A DNA stretch of 62,753 bases, counting the filler, from Candidatus Woesearchaeota archaeon (GTDB taxonomy: Archaea > Nanobdellota > Nanobdellia > Woesearchaeales > BM511), in assembly GCA_023266675.1 (NCBI GenBank). It is 3 parts of 3 records of this genome, joined end to end, with 100 filler letters (N's around TTAATTAATTAA, not from the genome) between each part and the next. Parts side by side here need not be neighbours in the genome. Positions count along the whole stretch, not along the records: positions 1 to 28,227 come from JAHFPP010000009.1; 2 more parts are not named here. One strand, written 5' to 3'. Both the position numbers and the translations under genes were made by a program. This document shows, piece by piece, positions 1-9,822 of the stretch. Below the pieces are notes generated by a model. It worked only from the letters and a program-made list of their open reading frames with translations, was not told the DNA's origin and did not search any database. The stretch's first letter is position 1. Each line of letters opens with the position of its first letter.

Positions 1-2
1 AC

Positions 3-506
3 TTTAAATTCTCCAATAATAATGTAAAAGGTGCAGAGAATGATTATACAAAAGCCATAGAAGTTGATCCTAAAAATGCTTTAGCTTATGCTTATAGAGG
101 AGTATTAATATTAACTTCATATCAAAACATGGATAAAGCAAAAGTTGATTTTGAAAAATCTAATGAAGTTAATCCAAATTATATTGCTTATACTTTTCTA
201 GGACAGATATCTATGAATAAAAAAGAGTATGATAAAGCTAAAGAAAGTTTTGATAAGGCAATCGAACTTAATCCAAATTATCTAAATGCAAGACTTTTAA
301 GGGGAGCAACAAGATATGCAACAGGTGATTTTATAGGTTCTTTAGAAGACTATAATCAGGTAATACAATTAGAGCAAAATAATGCATTATATTATACTTA
401 TAGAGGAGATACAAAATTTAAATTAGGGGATTTAAATGGTCAACAAGCAGATTATGCAAAGGCGGAATTACTTAATCCATTTGTTTGGAATTTAAGATCT
501 ACTTAA
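3..506 (+). CDS. Tetratricopeptide-repeat protein, 5'-truncated by the window edge
   Basis: Frame is open from position 3; repeated TPR motifs (YTKAIEVDPKNALAYAYRG, FDKAIELNPNYLNARLLRG, YYTYRGDTKFKLGD). Confidence 0.85.
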   Translation, partial: FKFSNNNVKGAENDYTKAIEVDPKNALAYAYRGVLILTSYQNMDKAKVDFEKSNEVNPNYIAYTFLGQISMNKKEYDKAKESFDKAIELNPNYLNARLLRGATRYATGDFIGSLEDYNQVIQLEQNNALYYTYRGDTKFKLGDLNGQQADYAKAELLNPFVWNLRST

Positions 507-544
507 AATTAATTTAGAAATTATATTTTAATAAAAAAATAAAT

Positions 545-1030
545 TTATTCTTCTTTGGCTTCAGCTTTTTCTTCAGTTGATGATTTTAGGACTTCAAGCT
601 TTCCGCCGGCTTTTTCTATTTTTTCTTTTGCGCCGTTTGACGCGTAGTCTGCTGTTATATTCATTTTTTGTTTTACTACGCCAGTTCCAAGAAGCTTGTT
701 GTATCCTAATTCTTCAAGGTTTACGTTGTATGTTTCTGCTTTCTTGGTTACTAATCCTTGTGAAACGTATGCATCAAGTCTTTCCTGTAAATCCTTAATA
801 TTTATAGCGACTATTTTAAGTGAGCTTTTGCTTGTGAATCCAATTCTTCCTAGGTAGTGTTTTCCTTCTTTTTGGTAGATTGGTTTTTTCTGGTCAGCTC
901 TTTTTCCTGAGCCTGCTCTTCCTCTTCCGCCTCGGTTTCCTGCTCCTTTATGGTGGGATGCTCCTCTTCCGTAGCCGTGCCATCTTAAGCCTCGTGCTCT
1001 TGTATTTTTTTTTCTTTTGTTGACTGTCAT
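545..1030 (-). CDS. rpl15: 50S ribosomal protein uL15
   Basis: RG..WHGYG, GAGNRGGRGRAG, KLLGTG, AKEKIEKAGG; last gene of the spc operon here. Confidence 0.97.
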   Translation of the reverse strand: MTVNKRKKNTRARGLRWHGYGRGASHHKGAGNRGGRGRAGSGKRADQKKPIYQKEGKHYLGRIGFTSKSSLKIVAINIKDLQERLDAYVSQGLVTKKAETYNVNLEELGYNKLLGTGVVKQKMNITADYASNGAKEKIEKAGGKLEVLKSSTEEKAEAKEE

Positions 1031-1034
1031 ATAT

Positions 1035-1397
1035 TTACACCATTTTTTTTATTAATTCGTTTATTTTTTCTTTTCTGTCCCCAAGTGCTCCGCCTTCAAC
1101 GAAGGTTCTTTTTGTGCCTTTTCTTTCAAAGCCTTTTCTTGGTGGTGACAGCCTGTATATCTTCTTTCCTTCTATTTTTCTTTTTTCATTTAGTAATTTT
1201 AATGTTTCGTCATCTATTTCGCCGTATGTTGCAAAGTCTTTTACTTTTACTGCCATACCTTCATTTATTTTTGTTTGAGGCAATACTATACATGAGAATT
1301 TGGTTCTTAGGTTTAGCATGTCAAGGGTATCCCTTATTTCTTTTCCTACTCCTGTTTCTCCTCTTATTCTGATTATTGCCATTAATTTATCTGCCAT
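1035..1397 (-). CDS. rpl30: 50S ribosomal protein uL30 (short form)
   Basis: AIIRIRG, DTLDMLNL, YGEID, RLSPPRKGF, INELIKKM; operon position. Confidence 0.95.
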   Translation of the reverse strand: MADKLMAIIRIRGETGVGKEIRDTLDMLNLRTKFSCIVLPQTKINEGMAVKVKDFATYGEIDDETLKLLNEKRKIEGKKIYRLSPPRKGFERKGTKRTFVEGGALGDRKEKINELIKKMV

Positions 1398-1399
1398 GT

Positions 1400-2185
1400 C
1401 TATGCCTCAGTTTTCTTTTGTTTTCGTCCATCAACTATGCTTAGTTTTGCGTTGTGATGGTCCATTATCTTTGTTGTTGTAAGAGCTTTCAGTGCTTCTT
1501 CTGTTGCTTTGATTAGGTTTATTTTTGATTTTTGCTGTCCAAGTGTTTTTGACCAAACATCTTTTATTCCTGCCATTGTGAGTACTTTTGCTATTTCTCT
1601 GTCTACAACTAAGCCTGTTCCTTTTGGAGCTGGGAATAGTGTTACCTGGCATGAGCCGCATTTTCCGTATACTTTGAAAGGTATTGAGTGCGCTGTTCCG
1701 CATCCGCATTGCCATGAGCCGCATCCTCTTTTGATTTTAAAAACGTTTAATTTTGCTTTTCTTATTGCTTTTTCTCGTGCTGGAACGGTTTCTTTTGCTT
1801 TTCCGTATCCTAGTCCGATTATTCCGTCCTTGTTTCCTACAACGCAAAGTGTTGCGAAGTTTGGCTTGTTTCCTTCTTTTGTTTTCTTTTGGGTTTGACG
1901 GAAGACTCTTCCTTGTCCGCCTCCAAATTTACCTTTTGATTGTCCTATCATTAATAAATCGTTTTCAAGACCTGGCATCAATATATCTACTATTTCCTGT
2001 TCTAATAATGGTGAACCTGTTGAGAGCATATCTTCTATTTCAGTTATTTCTTTTGTTTTTACTTTTTTTCCAATTTCAGTTTTAGGCACCCATGCTATTT
2101 CAGCTATAGTTCTTTCAGCTGCTCTTGCTTCGCCCTGTTCTTTTGTTTCTTTAGGCCTTTCTCTTCTTTGGTTTCTTTGTTTCAT
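1400..2185 (-). CDS. rps5: 30S ribosomal protein uS5
   Basis: WVPKTEIG, VVGNKDGIIGLG, RGCGSWQCGCG, PAPKGTGLV. Confidence 0.97.
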   Translation of the reverse strand: MKQRNQRRERPKETKEQGEARAAERTIAEIAWVPKTEIGKKVKTKEITEIEDMLSTGSPLLEQEIVDILMPGLENDLLMIGQSKGKFGGGQGRVFRQTQKKTKEGNKPNFATLCVVGNKDGIIGLGYGKAKETVPAREKAIRKAKLNVFKIKRGCGSWQCGCGTAHSIPFKVYGKCGSCQVTLFPAPKGTGLVVDREIAKVLTMAGIKDVWSKTLGQQKSKINLIKATEEALKALTTTKIMDHHNAKLSIVDGRKQKKTEA

Positions 2186-2189
2186 TTTT

Positions 2190-2684
2190 TTAGCTCTTGA
2201 TTATTTTTTCTTTGACTGTATTGAAATCTTTTTCAATATCTTTTCCTTGTATATGTTTTCCAAGTATTCTTTCTTTTGCTGGAAGCACTGATTCGTCGTG
2301 AGGTATTTGCATTCCACCGTCAACGCATCCTTTTAATAATGAATATATCCTTGAACCTTTTGTAGGTTTTTGAAGACCAACGTCAAGTATTGCTTCTTTT
2401 TGTTTTGATTTTTTCGAAAGCAGTAATCCTACTAGGTATGATGCCGGAACATTGTTTCTTGAGTTTTTCCATCCAAATTTTTCAAGTTCTTTTGAATGTG
2501 CTTCTGCAACAACTATGTCTCCAGTTGGATTGTATGTTATTATCTGTGCGATTATATTTTTATTGAATTTTCTTACAGTCAACCTTGGTGTTCTTCCTTT
2601 TAAAAGGCCAAGTCTGTTTTTGTAGTCTGTCTTTCCTTCTTTTTTTCGCTTTAAAAGCATAGTTGGTATTTTATGGCTTGGCAT
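2190..2684 (-). CDS. rpl18: 50S ribosomal protein uL18
   Basis: EGKTDYKNRL, RLTVR, NVPASYLVGLL, AILDVGL. Confidence 0.96.
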   Translation of the reverse strand: MPSHKIPTMLLKRKKEGKTDYKNRLGLLKGRTPRLTVRKFNKNIIAQIITYNPTGDIVVAEAHSKELEKFGWKNSRNNVPASYLVGLLLSKKSKQKEAILDVGLQKPTKGSRIYSLLKGCVDGGMQIPHDESVLPAKERILGKHIQGKDIEKDFNTVKEKIIKS

Positions 2685-3126
2685 TTTTTGTCACCATGTT
2701 CTTTTCTGTTATGTAAATCTTAAGGTGTCGTTTATTTCTGAAAAATCCACCTTTTGATTTTAAGTATAATTCTCGAAACACCTGGTTTGTGATTAATCCT
2801 TTTTCTTTTAGTTCAGCTATGAAGCTTCTCATTAGTCTTATTTTGTTTATCCATTCTCTTTTTGAAGGGCTTCTTGCTGTTTTTTTCCCTTTTCGTGATC
2901 CGTGTCCTCTTTGTCTTCCTTTTGTTCTTTGAATATGAGCTTGGCGTGCGCGTCCTCTTGATACTCCTCTTTTTTTGATTTCGGTTATTGCTCCGTCCTC
3001 AATTAGCGCTTTGACATCATATTTTGTTATTGCTTCTTTTATGTCGCTAAGTCTGTCTTCCTGGAATCTTACTCTTTTCTTGGATCCCTTGAATATTTGC
3101 GCTGCGAGTCTTTTTTGTATTCTCAT
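2671..3126 (-). CDS. rpl19e: 50S ribosomal protein eL19
   Basis: QKRLAAQI, GHGSRKGKKTAR, WINKIR, KGGFF. Confidence 0.97.
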   Translation of the reverse strand: MRIQKRLAAQIFKGSKKRVRFQEDRLSDIKEAITKYDVKALIEDGAITEIKKRGVSRGRARQAHIQRTKGRQRGHGSRKGKKTARSPSKREWINKIRLMRSFIAELKEKGLITNQVFRELYLKSKGGFFRNKRHLKIYITEKNMVTKNAKP

Positions 3127-3145
3127 TATTTTGTCACCAAATCAT

Positions 3146-3724
3146 TTAGTCTTTTTGTGTTAGGATTTTGTCTTTTTCTTTTTTATCTTCTTTCTTCTGT
3201 TCGTCTTCGTTTATTTTTTCTTCGACAGTTGATTTCTTTTCATCTTTTTCATGCTTCTTTTCTGCAATCTGTTTTTTCTTGTCTCTAGAGTCTTTTTTGA
3301 TTTGCTGCTGTGTTCTTCTTGCAGAAATTGCATCAAGTCTTTTGCTTATTTTAGTGTCATTTATGTTTGATACTTCTATTTTTAATTTCTTAGCTTCTTC
3401 AATTATCTGTATTTTTTTTCGAAGGCCGATTGTTGCCGCAATTATTGCTTTTTCATTTTTTCCTATTTTTTTAAGATCAGTTATATTTGTTACAAGTATT
3501 CCTGTTTTTCCGTCTCTTTCTACGCCTCGAATTTTGCTTGGTGTTCCATATCCTTTCTTGACTATGGCTCTTTTTCCATGCTCCTGAAGTCGCATCTTGT
3601 TTGTAAGCCCTTTTGGTCGTCTCCAGCCTGTATTTTTTAGCCTTACTTTTGTTAATCCTGAAGTTCTTATGAATTTTGGTGTTTTACGCTTGATTATTAT
3701 TTTTTCTTTTAGCAGTTTGTCCAT
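3146..3724 (-). CDS. rpl32e: 50S ribosomal protein eL32 with Lys/Glu-rich C-terminal tail
   Basis: PKFIR, WRRPKG..NKMR, GYGTP; start placed at ATG 3724 behind an SD-like GTGA. Confidence 0.94.
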   Translation of the reverse strand: MDKLLKEKIIIKRKTPKFIRTSGLTKVRLKNTGWRRPKGLTNKMRLQEHGKRAIVKKGYGTPSKIRGVERDGKTGILVTNITDLKKIGKNEKAIIAATIGLRKKIQIIEEAKKLKIEVSNINDTKISKRLDAISARRTQQQIKKDSRDKKKQIAEKKHEKDEKKSTVEEKINEDEQKKEDKKEKDKILTQKD

Positions 3725-3741
3725 GATTATCACTTTTATTT

Positions 3742-4290
3742 TTATAATAAATCTTTACCGTCTTTTTTTGTTATATAAATTCCGTCCTGAAATATTCTTG
3801 TGTCAAATCCGGGTCTTCTTGTTAGTTTTTCTATTGATGCAGCTGTTTGTCCTGCTGTTTCTTTGTTTACGTGTTCAACAGTTACTTTGTCTCCTTCAAC
3901 TTTTACTGTTACGCCAGGTGTTATTTTTAGTTTTCTTGGGAATTTTTCTCCGATAAAGTTTTTAATTATGAGTTCTCCTGAAACGATGCTTACGTTCATT
4001 GGGAAGTGTCCTGAGCATATTTTTAATTCATATACGTGTCCGTGTTCTGCTCCTTTAACCATATTTTTTATATGCGCAGCGTATGTATTAACTTCTTTTT
4101 TTTCATTCTTTGTTACTTTTTCTGTTGAAAGTATTAATTTACCTTCTTCCTGGTTGAATTTTATTTGAGGGTATCTTATTTCTTTTTTCGCTTCCCCTTT
4201 AGGACCTTTAACTGTTATAATTCTTCCTTCCATTGTAATATGGACTCCTTTTGGGATTTCGATTGTCTCTTCGATTTTCTTGATTTTCAT
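3742..4290 (-). CDS. rpl6: 50S ribosomal protein uL6
   Basis: VKGPKG, HFPMNV, IKNFIGE, GQTAASIE, DTRIFQDGIYIT. Confidence 0.97.
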   Translation of the reverse strand: MKIKKIEETIEIPKGVHITMEGRIITVKGPKGEAKKEIRYPQIKFNQEEGKLILSTEKVTKNEKKEVNTYAAHIKNMVKGAEHGHVYELKICSGHFPMNVSIVSGELIIKNFIGEKFPRKLKITPGVTVKVEGDKVTVEHVNKETAGQTAASIEKLTRRPGFDTRIFQDGIYITKKDGKDLL

Positions 4291-4299
4291 TGTATCCTC

Positions 4300-4692
4300 T
4301 TAGTAACAGTATGCTATTAGTTTTCCGCCTATTCCTTTTTCTTTTGCTGCATCATTTGTCATGAGACCTTTTGATGTTGTAACGAGTAGTATTCCAAATC
4401 CTTTTGCTGGAAGGAATCTTTTTTCAAATTTTTCAAACTCGGTTTTTTTGACTTTATGCCTTGGTTTTATTACTCCGCATTTGTTGATGTTGTTTAAAAG
4501 GTTTAATTTTACTCTGTTTCCTTTTCCGTCATTAATGACTTCGTAGCTTCCAAGGTAGTTATTCTCTTTTAATAAGTCAAGGACTTTGCTTATCATTTTT
4601 GAATTTTTGTTGAGTATTACTTCTTTTCTTCCTATTTTTTCGTAGGATAGGATATGGCTTAACGCGTCTCCTAGTGCATCTGTGAGGACCAT
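4300..4692 (-). CDS. rps8: 30S ribosomal protein uS8
   Basis: INKCGVIKPR, FLPAKGFG, TTSKGLM, GGKLIAYCY. Confidence 0.97.
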   Translation of the reverse strand: MVLTDALGDALSHILSYEKIGRKEVILNKNSKMISKVLDLLKENNYLGSYEVINDGKGNRVKLNLLNNINKCGVIKPRHKVKKTEFEKFEKRFLPAKGFGILLVTTSKGLMTNDAAKEKGIGGKLIAYCY

Positions 4693-4708
4693 TTTGTTTT
4701 GTTCACCT

Positions 4709-4939
4709 TTAATAAAATTTTTTAAAACCCATTTTTACTGCTATTTCTCTAAAGCATTGTCTGCAGACATCGAGTCCGTATTTATCTATGTGCGCTCCGT
4801 TTCTTCCGCATCTTCTGCATTTTTTCTTTGCTTTTCCGCAACTTCTTGTTTTTGGAGTGTTATATTTCTGGAATTTTTTCATTTTTGCAGGTTTCTTTGA
4901 AATCTGCTTTAGGACTTTTTTGTAATCGCTTGTTGTCAT
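4709..4939 (-). CDS. rps14: 30S ribosomal protein uS14 (zinc-binding, N-terminal extension)
   Basis: CRRCG...[19 protein letters not shown]. Confidence 0.96.
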   Translation of the reverse strand: MTTSDYKKVLKQISKKPAKMKKFQKYNTPKTRSCGKAKKKCRRCGRNGAHIDKYGLDVCRQCFREIAVKMGFKKFY

Positions 4940-5451
4940 TAATCTTCACCTATCTTTACTTCGTAGTTTTCTTTCATGAAATCGATTGCTTCTTGTTTTG
5001 TTATAATGTGGTGTTTTCCTATTGTTTTTGGTTTGACTTTTCTTCTTTTTATGCTGTATCCTGGTCTAGTTAGCGTGATTGTTACTTCAAGGCCCATTAT
5101 TCCTATTTCCGGGTTATATTTTGCTCCAGGTATATCAATATACTCTGGTATTCCAAAAGCTAGGTTTCCTCTGTTGTCAAATTGTGATTCTTTTAGTATG
5201 TTTTCTTTTGCCTTTAGCATTCTTTTTAGCATGCTTGTTGCTTCTTCTCCTCTTAGCGTTAATTTGCATCCTATTGGTAATCCTTGTCTTAGACCCCAGT
5301 TTGGTATTCTCTTTTTTGATATTGTTTGAACTGGCGCTTTTCCGACTAATTCAGTTATTAGTTTTATTCCTTTTTTCAGTTTAGGTTCATCTTTACCTGC
5401 ACCTATGTTTAAGGTGATTTTTTCAACTTTGATTATTTTCATTGGATTCAT
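4939..5451 (-). CDS. rpl5: 50S ribosomal protein uL5
   Basis: [33 protein letters not shown]. Confidence 0.97.
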   Translation of the reverse strand: MNPMKIIKVEKITLNIGAGKDEPKLKKGIKLITELVGKAPVQTISKKRIPNWGLRQGLPIGCKLTLRGEEATSMLKRMLKAKENILKESQFDNRGNLAFGIPEYIDIPGAKYNPEIGIMGLEVTITLTRPGYSIKRRKVKPKTIGKHHIITKQEAIDFMKENYEVKIGED

Positions 5452-5463
5452 TTTTGTTCACAT

Positions 5464-6153
5464 CTACACTGTAACTGATGGTTTTTTTATGCCTATTGCA
5501 AAAGCGTATCTTTTTTCTGTTTGATGCGTTTTTGATTCATCGTCTATAAAAAATATATTCTTATCTTCGATTTTTTCAATTGTGCCGCATCGTCCGACGT
5601 GTTTTCCGCCGGTTAGTATTATTATTGTTCCTTTTTCAAGGGTTATGTGCTCTTTTACTTCTTGTTTTGGAACGCTTATTATCAATGTGTCACCAGTTTT
5701 GTATTCGTTCTTTTTTAGTAAAATATTTCTTCCGTCTGACAAATTGATTTGTAATCTGTCTTTTCCAATTACAGTTTTATTCTGTATTTTGCATGGTTTG
5801 ATGCTTGTTTCTTTTTTGTCTATTTTTTTTAGTTCAAGCTTTCCATTTTTGTTGATTGTTAGCCTGTAATGTTCATTTATATCATTTATTGACATTACTG
5901 AAAAGAGTCCTAGCGCAACGTGTGGTTCTTTTATTCTTATTCCATCAATTGTTATTTCTTTCTCATTTAGTATCATTCTTACTTCTTTTGATGTCTTGCA
6001 GTATTTTAGGAAATCTTTGAATATTACGTTTAATGGCAGTACGAAATCCATCTTTTGACCTGATGGGTATGGTCGAGTTATGTATACCTCTTCTTTTCTT
6101 TTTATTTTCCATGTTTTTGGTGCTGATAATGATTTTAAGTGGTTCTTTACCAT
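5464..6153 (-). CDS. rps4e: 30S ribosomal protein eS4
   Basis: HLKSLSAPKTW, QINLSDGRN, YKTGDT, TGGKHVG. Confidence 0.96.
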   Translation of the reverse strand: MVKNHLKSLSAPKTWKIKRKEEVYITRPYPSGQKMDFVLPLNVIFKDFLKYCKTSKEVRMILNEKEITIDGIRIKEPHVALGLFSVMSINDINEHYRLTINKNGKLELKKIDKKETSIKPCKIQNKTVIGKDRLQINLSDGRNILLKKNEYKTGDTLIISVPKQEVKEHITLEKGTIIILTGGKHVGRCGTIEKIEDKNIFFIDDESKTHQTEKRYAFAIGIKKPSVTV

Positions 6154-6155
6154 AT

Positions 6156-6548
6156 TTATTTCCCCTGTTCTTTTTTTACTAATTTTTCTTTTCTTCTTTT
6201 GTCATTCAAGTTTAATTCTGTTATCATGACGTTTGATGAATGTATTGGGTACATTGTTTTTGAGCCGTCTTTTTTTGTGTATTCTACTTTTGTTATGAAT
6301 ACTTTGGAATTTTTTGTATCAACCTTTTCAATTGTTCCAATTTTTCCTTTAAATCCGCCTGTCATTATTTTTACTTTGTCGCCTTTTTTTACTCTTATTG
6401 ATCTTTTACCGTGTTTTTCTCTCAGTTCTTTTGAAAGATGTGATTGTGTCATTTTCCTTTTTAGGTGGAGAGGTGCATTTGCCTGATACTTTCTCTGTTT
6501 TCTTGGTTGAGTGCTTGATTTCCACGCTTTGGAGAATTGTTTTTCCAT
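6156..6548 (-). CDS. rpl24: 50S ribosomal protein uL24
   Basis: STQPRKQRK, APLH, VKKGDKVKIMTG, PIHSSNVMI. Confidence 0.97.
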   Translation of the reverse strand: MEKQFSKAWKSSTQPRKQRKYQANAPLHLKRKMTQSHLSKELREKHGKRSIRVKKGDKVKIMTGGFKGKIGTIEKVDTKNSKVFITKVEYTKKDGSKTMYPIHSSNVMITELNLNDKRRKEKLVKKEQGK

Positions 6549-6558
6549 TTTTATTTCC

Positions 6559-6960
6559 TCATACGATTATGCTTGCGACTTTTGCAATTCCAGGCCACCT
6601 TTCTGTAGCTTCTTTTGCTATTGGTCCCTTGAATATTGTTCCTTTTGGGTTTCCTTTGTCGTCTTTTAGTATTACTATTGAATTATCTTCAAATTTGATT
6701 CTCATTCCATTTGGTCGTCTGTATTCTTTTTTCTGTCTTACTATTACTGCAAAAGTAACTTGTTTACGCATGTCTGGTTTTCCTTTTTTGACTACTACCT
6801 GTACAAGGTCGCCAACACCAGCTGCTGGTATTCTTCCTTTTACTGTTTTGTGACCCTTTACAGCTGTTATCTTGATTATTTTAGCGCCTGAGTTATCACA
6901 TGTTTCTATATATGCTCCAACTGGCAGTCCTCGCGTTACTTTTGATTTGTGTGCTTTCAT
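6559..6960 (-). CDS. rpl14: 50S ribosomal protein uL14
   Basis: CDNSGAK, VKKGKP, FEDNS, PKGT..GPIAKE. Confidence 0.98.
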   Translation of the reverse strand: MKAHKSKVTRGLPVGAYIETCDNSGAKIIKITAVKGHKTVKGRIPAAGVGDLVQVVVKKGKPDMRKQVTFAVIVRQKKEYRRPNGMRIKFEDNSIVILKDDKGNPKGTIFKGPIAKEATERWPGIAKVASIIV

Positions 6961-6962
6961 TT

Positions 6963-7292
6963 TTATTTCTCTTTTATTATTTTTTCAATTATGACAAAGT
7001 TTTTTGTTTTTGATATTGGTCGTGATTCCATTATCTTGACTGTGTCTCCTTTTTTTATGTCAAGGCATGATGATGAGTGTGCTTTTACTCTTGTTCTGCT
7101 TTTTTCGTATCTTGCGTATTTGCTTACGAATTTTCTTTTTTCCCATTCAACGTTTGCTGTTTTTTGGAATATGTCTTTTAGTACTTTGCCTGTGAATGTT
7201 CTTCCTCTAAGGCTAATGTTTCCGTGGATCGGGCAATTGTTATCTGTGCAGCTTGTTTGTTCTTTTTCTTTTGTTTTTTTAGTTTCTGCCAT
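6963..7292 (-). CDS. rps17: 30S ribosomal protein uS17
   Basis: CTDNNCPIHG..LRGR, KYARYEK, ESRPISKTK. Confidence 0.97.
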   Translation of the reverse strand: MAETKKTKEKEQTSCTDNNCPIHGNISLRGRTFTGKVLKDIFQKTANVEWEKRKFVSKYARYEKSRTRVKAHSSSCLDIKKGDTVKIMESRPISKTKNFVIIEKIIKEK

Positions 7293-7298
7293 TTTTTT

Positions 7299-7547
7299 TC
7301 ATCTCGTTTTGATCCTGTCTTCAGTTCGTTTGGTTATTTTTTCTCCTTTGATTTGCTTGTTGTCAATTGTTATTTTTGCATTCTTTTTGATTATCGTTTT
7401 TTTGCCTTGTGGCGTTTCGATTTTTAGCGTGTTTTTTGTTTCAAGGATTATTTTTCCTTCAAACGTCTGTTTTTGTACTTGTATTTTTGCTTGTTTTCCG
7501 ATGAAATTGCTTTTGTATGCCTTTTCATCAGTTTTTTTTTCAATCAT
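7299..7547 (-). CDS. rnp1: Ribonuclease P protein component 1 (Rpp29/POP4)
   Basis: FIG, GKIILETKNTL, G..I.KRTEDRIK; conserved position between SUI1 and uS17; start moved to ATG 7547. Confidence 0.88.
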   Translation of the reverse strand: MIEKKTDEKAYKSNFIGKQAKIQVQKQTFEGKIILETKNTLKIETPQGKKTIIKKNAKITIDNKQIKGEKITKRTEDRIKTR

Positions 7548-7555
7548 GAAGTTTT

Positions 7556-7864
7556 TTACTGGACCTCTATGGTTTCCGGTGCAAATCCCATATTGATGAG
7601 CACTTCTTTTGTTCTTTGCTTGTGGTCGCCCTGAAGTTCGATTGTTCCGTCTTTGCAGGTTCCGCCGCACGCAAATTTTTCTTTTAGTTTTTTTGTCAGC
7701 TCTTTAAGGTTTATGTCTTTGTCGTCAACGCCGTCAATTGCTGTATATTTTTTTCCGAATTTCTTTTTTATTATTTTGACAGTAACTTTTAGTCCTTCCT
7801 TTGCTATTGTTTCACATACACAAAGCTCTTTTGGAAGTCCGCAAATTGTACAAATTTCACTCAT
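7556..7864 (-). CDS. sui1: Translation initiation factor aIF1/SUI1
   Basis: CTICGLPKELCVC, LKEKFACGGT, IELQGDH. Confidence 0.96.
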   Translation of the reverse strand: MSEICTICGLPKELCVCETIAKEGLKVTVKIIKKKFGKKYTAIDGVDDKDINLKELTKKLKEKFACGGTCKDGTIELQGDHKQRTKEVLINMGFAPETIEVQ

Positions 7865-8064
7865 TTGTTTTGTTTTTCCTCCTTCTCTTGTAGGACTAAA
7901 TTTATTTTTGCGATTGTTTTTTTGTAATTTCTTACTACTCCAGGTTTCTTTGGTGAAGTTCCTGAAGCTATCTGTGAATTTACCTTGATTAATTCTTTTC
8001 TTGTTTCTTCTTTTTTATCCTTAAGGTCTTCGGCAGACATTGATCGTAATTCTTTTGCTTTCAT
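7861..8064 (-). CDS. rpl29: 50S ribosomal protein uL29
   Basis: MKAKELRSMS, PG....KKTIAKI. Confidence 0.95.
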   Translation of the reverse strand: MKAKELRSMSAEDLKDKKEETRKELIKVNSQIASGTSPKKPGVVRNYKKTIAKINLVLQEKEEKQNK

Positions 8065-8066
8065 TT

Positions 8067-8825
8067 TTATTCAGTTTTTGTCTCTTCTTTTTTTGATTTT
8101 CTAGGTTTTCTTTCTTTTTTTGGCTTGTCTTCTTTGTCTGAAGAGTCTTTTTCTGTTTTTTCTTCAACTGCTTCTTTTAGTTCTTCAAGCGTTTCATCTT
8201 TTTTTGTTTCTTCGACAATGACTACAGGCTCTTTTAACATTTCAATGTGATATGGTAGTTTTGTTGTTGGCGGCATTATTTTTACCTGTATTCCAACTAT
8301 CCCTGATTTTAGTCTTGCTATAGCATAAGCGTGATTGACGCCAGTTACTGCGATGTCTCCGCATTTTTTTAAGTATCCCATGTAAAATCTCCATGTTTTT
8401 GCTCTTGAGCTAGGAATTTTTCCGCTGATTAGTATTTCTATTCCAAGGCCACCAGCGCCTGTAACGTCTGTCATTACCTTGTGTCCAATTCCTTTGAATC
8501 TTTGTGAGCCGAATCTTTCAAGTGCATTTGCGATGTTTTCAGCTACTATCTGTGCATCTAGCGCTTGGTTTTCAACTTCGCTGATTTCAATTTGAGGATT
8601 TTCAAGTTTAAACCTATTTTTTAGGGTTTTTGTAAGCGTTTTGATGTTTGTTCCCTGTCGTCCTATTATAAGTCCGGGCTTTGCTGCAAAAATTATTACT
8701 TTGTCGCCTAATGGCGTTCTTTGTATTTTTGTATGGCTATGACCAACTCTTGATAAGTTTTTTTCAAAATATTCTTGAACTTCAAATTCCTTGATTTTCT
8801 GCGCTATAAATTGTCTTTCAATCAT
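8067..8825 (-). CDS. rps3: 30S ribosomal protein uS3
   Basis: TPLG, KPGLIIGRQG KH motif, GIEILISGK, GIVGIQVKIM. Confidence 0.97.
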   Translation of the reverse strand: MIERQFIAQKIKEFEVQEYFEKNLSRVGHSHTKIQRTPLGDKVIIFAAKPGLIIGRQGTNIKTLTKTLKNRFKLENPQIEISEVENQALDAQIVAENIANALERFGSQRFKGIGHKVMTDVTGAGGLGIEILISGKIPSSRAKTWRFYMGYLKKCGDIAVTGVNHAYAIARLKSGIVGIQVKIMPPTTKLPYHIEMLKEPVVIVEETKKDETLEELKEAVEEKTEKDSSDKEDKPKKERKPRKSKKEETKTE

Positions 8826-9418
8826 TCTTTAGCCTCTTTACTTACTTTAGGTTTTGATTTAGTTTGAGTTTTTTTAGGTTTTTCTTCTGATGCTTCTTCG
8901 GTTTTCTTTTCTGTGTGTTTGTGTTCAACAGGTTTTTCGTGTTTAACGTTTTCAGTTTTTGGAGCGTCTTTTGTTTTCTTTGCTTCTCTTTCACAAAGCA
9001 CGATTTCAACATGTGTTGCTTTGACTTGTCTTCTTGATTGTCGACCGTGGTGCCATTGCATGTTTCCTTTATTTGCTGCCAAATGTTTTATTATCAAGTC
9101 ATTTCCTAAACCCTTGTTTGAAGCGTTTGCTTCTGCAAGTTTTATTAATGTTAATATCTCATTAACTGCTTTTACTGGGTATCTTCCAGGGCCGATTCCT
9201 ACTCTGTGAGCTACAGCTCGATTAAAACTTTTGTATGGAACAGCTCTTTTCATTACCATTACTTCTTCAAGCAGCATTTTTGCTTTCTTTGTTGATTTGA
9301 ATCTGATCATGTTTGATATTTCAGTAGCTATCTTTCTTGATAATGGCGCATTATTTAATCTGGCTTTAGCCATTCTTTTTTCGTCATAATCTTGCATTGA
9401 ATATCCTAGTTGACTCAT
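8822..9418 (-). CDS. rpl22: 50S ribosomal protein uL22
   Basis: AVPYK, GRYPVKA, AEANA..KGL, THVEIVL; charged C-terminal tail. Confidence 0.96.
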   Translation of the reverse strand: MSQLGYSMQDYDEKRMAKARLNNAPLSRKIATEISNMIRFKSTKKAKMLLEEVMVMKRAVPYKSFNRAVAHRVGIGPGRYPVKAVNEILTLIKLAEANASNKGLGNDLIIKHLAANKGNMQWHHGRQSRRQVKATHVEIVLCEREAKKTKDAPKTENVKHEKPVEHKHTEKKTEEASEEKPKKTQTKSKPKVSKEAKE

Positions 9419-9428
9419 TTTAATTTGT

Positions 9429-9812
9429 TCACCTTACTGATGCTGCTGAGCTTGATTTTGTTGCTCCAATTCCAGGGGAGTTGTGTGTTACTCTTTTTCT
9501 TGTTAATGCGAATTCTCCAAGTCTGTGTCCAAGCATATCTTCCTGAATCATTACTGGTACGAATTCTTTTCCTGAATGTACTTTGATTGTCATGCCTACC
9601 ATTTTTGGTATTACAATTACGTCTCTGCAATGTGTTTCGACGTTATTTTTTCCTTTTTCTATTTCTTTCATGAATGCTTTTTGAAGTTCAGTGTATCCTC
9701 TTACTAGAGTTCTTCTTTCTCTTGCAGGAACAAGCTTTGCAAATTCATTTGTTGATAATTCTTTTAATTCGCTAAGTGTTTTTCCTCTGTAAAAAAATTC
9801 TTTTTTAGCCAT
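9429..9812 (-). CDS. rps19: 30S ribosomal protein uS19
   Basis: [29 protein letters not shown]. Confidence 0.97.
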   Translation of the reverse strand: MAKKEFFYRGKTLSELKELSTNEFAKLVPARERRTLVRGYTELQKAFMKEIEKGKNNVETHCRDVIVIPKMVGMTIKVHSGKEFVPVMIQEDMLGHRLGEFALTRKRVTHNSPGIGATKSSSAASVR

Positions 9813-9822
9813 TTTAGTTTAC

